From NCBI GenBank assembly GCA_963847185.1, contig CAWJYV010000007.1, positions 96,001-160,000 on the forward strand: DNA of 64,000 bases, in the 5' to 3' direction. Within the stretch, counting starts at the first letter, position 1. Each line of letters opens with the position of its first letter. Below, in pieces: positions 62,127 through 64,000 of this stretch. The DNA comes from an uncultured Methanosarcinaceae archaeon. GTDB taxonomy: Archaea > Halobacteriota > Methanosarcinia > Methanosarcinales > Methanosarcinaceae. Under the pieces are notes generated by a model. That model had not been told where the DNA came from, did not search any database, and saw only the letters and a program-made list of their open reading frames with translations. Made by a program: the position numbers and the translations under genes.

Positions 62127-62503
62127 GCTGTATTGAGCAGATGAAATATGAGATCCTTCTGGAAAGGATAAGCTTCAAAGAGTCCAGAGAATATATTGAG
62201 AAAAATTCGGATGAGGTTTACTATGTACCTCCCGGATACAAGATCTTCAAGGACTACTACATAATAGGAATACCGCCAATTGCTGTGGGAACTAAAGGTA
62301 ATGCTCTGATTTTTCCTTTTACAAAACCCTGTCATGGAAGCTTTGTTCTGAGTATAGAAAATGAAGACAGCATTAAAGAGATCAATCGGCTTAGAGAGAC
62401 AGAGAAGGAGAAGGGGCCAGTCTCGTTAAAGAGGGACAAATCTCCTGAAAGTCCCAAGGCGCCTTCAGCCAGTTATCAGGATTTATGGAAAAATGAGGAT
62501 TAA
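62123..62503 (+). CDS. DUF1894-family protein
   Basis: MSCIEQMKYEILL, VPPGYKIF, FTKPCHGSF; ATGA overlap with DUF1890. Confidence 0.82.
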   Translation: MSCIEQMKYEILLERISFKESREYIEKNSDEVYYVPPGYKIFKDYYIIGIPPIAVGTKGNALIFPFTKPCHGSFVLSIENEDSIKEINRLRETEKEKGPVSLKRDKSPESPKAPSASYQDLWKNED

Positions 62504-62606
62504 GAAGCCAGACGCAATTGAAATCACATAAGATAATTTCAAGAGAGGGGAAAAGGTCTTACCCTCCCCTTTAAATTGGCTTCTAAAATTGATTTTTTAT
62601 GCTTTC

Positions 62607-63608
62607 TTACTCTATTATAAGGTCTTTAACTCTTATTCCACTTTCTACGATTTTTCCTACGATTTTTCCACCGGTAATCTCTACAGCTTTTGCAGCATCT
62701 TTTTCCGGCAGGATAATTAGAAAGCCCATGCCCATATTGAAGGTTCTGTACATTTCAAGATCTTCGACTCCACCCTCTTTTTGCAGGAATTTGAAAACAT
62801 CCTGGGGTTCGAGAGGATCATAAAAGTCAAAACCCAATTTTGTTACCCTTCTCAATTTCAAAAGCCCACTACCAGTTATGTGAGCAAGCCCATGGACTTC
62901 ACACTCCTTGAGGACGTCAAGAATTTCAATATAAATCCTTGTTGGAGTCAGGAGTTCGTCTCCTATGGTCTTTGAACTGTTATAGGGACAGGGGTCATGG
63001 TAAGAATATTCGGATTCTTCTATGATCTTCCTTACAAGGGTGTAACCGTTGCTGTGGATTCCTGTACTTGGAACACCGACAATCATGTCATCTACCCTGA
63101 CTTTTTCTCCTTCTATTATCTGGTCTTTTTTAACCATTCCAAGGCAGGTACCTGCGAGATCAAAGCCCTTGATTATACCTGGTAGGGTTGCGGTCTCTCC
63201 TCCTACAATGGACATCCTGGAAATTTCAGCCCCTTTTAGCAGCCCTTCCCCTATCTGGGCTGCGAAGCCTTCTTCATGCTTTTCGAGGGCAAGATAATCA
63301 ACAAAAGCTACAGGTTCGGCTCCTATAGCCAGAAGGTCATTGACATTCATCGCAATACAGTCTATTCCTACTGTATTCCATCTTTGCATTTCATTTGCAA
63401 TAAGAACTTTTGAGCCTACCCCGTCCGTTGTCAGAGCAAGGGCATATTCTCCGAAATCCAGGAGGCCTGCATAGTGCCCTATTCCTGTGAGGGGAGATCC
63501 GATACCTTTTCGGACATAACTAAGTTTTTCTATAAGGGTCTTGACGGTTTTTTCTTCCTTTTTAATATCTACACCTGAATCAGCGTATGTTAAGTGCTTT
63601 TCGCTCAA
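62607..63608 (-). CDS. purM: Phosphoribosylformylglycinamidine cyclo-ligase
   Basis: TYADSGVD, TDGVGSK, AMNVND, GGETA, HSNGY, AHITG, TFNMG. Confidence 0.96.
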   Translation of the reverse strand: MSEKHLTYADSGVDIKKEEKTVKTLIEKLSYVRKGIGSPLTGIGHYAGLLDFGEYALALTTDGVGSKVLIANEMQRWNTVGIDCIAMNVNDLLAIGAEPVAFVDYLALEKHEEGFAAQIGEGLLKGAEISRMSIVGGETATLPGIIKGFDLAGTCLGMVKKDQIIEGEKVRVDDMIVGVPSTGIHSNGYTLVRKIIEESEYSYHDPCPYNSSKTIGDELLTPTRIYIEILDVLKECEVHGLAHITGSGLLKLRRVTKLGFDFYDPLEPQDVFKFLQKEGGVEDLEMYRTFNMGMGFLIILPEKDAAKAVEITGGKIVGKIVESGIRVKDLIIE

Positions 63609-63637
63609 CTCTCTACCCCTTCCTGCCAACTTTATAA

Positions 63638-64000
63638 TTATTCTCTAATTCCATTTCCGTTATATAATTCAAATTCATCATGCAGGGTCTTGACCGCAGC
63701 AAATGCATCATCTTGACTTACCACGAAAGAAATATTATACTGGGAAGATCCCTGGCTGATCATGATAATGTTAATCATTGAGTTTCCAAGCGCTCCAAAT
63801 ACCCGCTTTGCTACGCCTGGCGTTCCTGCCATGCCTGCACCCACGACTGCAACCACACAGACATTTCTATCTGAAGTGATTTCTTTTACTATATTACGAT
63901 TAAACTCAGCATGGAGAGCATTTAATGCAGGTTCCACATGTGCTTCACTGACCACGAAAGATATGTTGGACTCGGAAGATCCCTGACTGATCATAACAAC
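63638..64000 (-). CDS. lysC: Aspartate kinase, C-terminal ACT domains (partial)
   Basis: MISQGSSESNISF, VAVVGAGM..TPGVA, MISQGSSQYNISF; runs off window end. Confidence 0.9.
   Translation of the reverse strand, partial: VVMISQGSSESNISFVVSEAHVEPALNALHAEFNRNIVKEITSDRNVCVVAVVGAGMAGTPGVAKRVFGALGNSMINIIMISQGSSQYNISFVVSQDDAFAAVKTLHDEFELYNGNGIRE

Noticed and set aside
1-64000. tRNA, rRNA or intact transposase genes
   Set aside because: No cloverleaf with a T-loop and no DDE/HUH transposase ORF recognised by eye; tRNAscan-SE and ISEScan would be needed to exclude them formally

Overview
Core chromosomal segment of a methanogenic archaeon, almost certainly Methanosarcina (SepRS, thioredoxin-type class III RNR operon, archaeosortase A, DUF1890/DUF1894, thermosome, PCNA/PriL/TFS). 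Mostly housekeeping genes: thiL, nrdG-nrdD-nrdH, radB, ino1, mtnA, Sec61beta, MutS-like, ppk1-ppx with a CYTH-CHAD protein, cdc6, thermosome, sepS, translin, Hef, glyS, surE, moaA, cbiA/cobB, priL-pcn-tfs, artA-psd-pssA-mptD, hisC-argD, purM and lysC. Two accessory patches stand out. The first (33.8-37 kb) holds a MntA-HepT toxin-antitoxin pair with a frameshifted toxin, a pilin-PA14 adhesin, and a three-unit array of sequence-divergent but structurally conserved hairpins with a shared UUUGAGAU motif in front of a 59-aa hydrophobic ORF. The second (40.8-42.2 kb) is a secreted (CGTST)11 / Gly-Ser-Thr repeat protein carrying single-base frameshifts. A tandem of three paralogous RHH plus duplicated sensor-like domain proteins (56.3-60.1 kb) is the other main uncharacterised system. 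I found no tRNA, rRNA, CRISPR array or intact transposase. All family calls come from motif recognition by eye, not from database searches.
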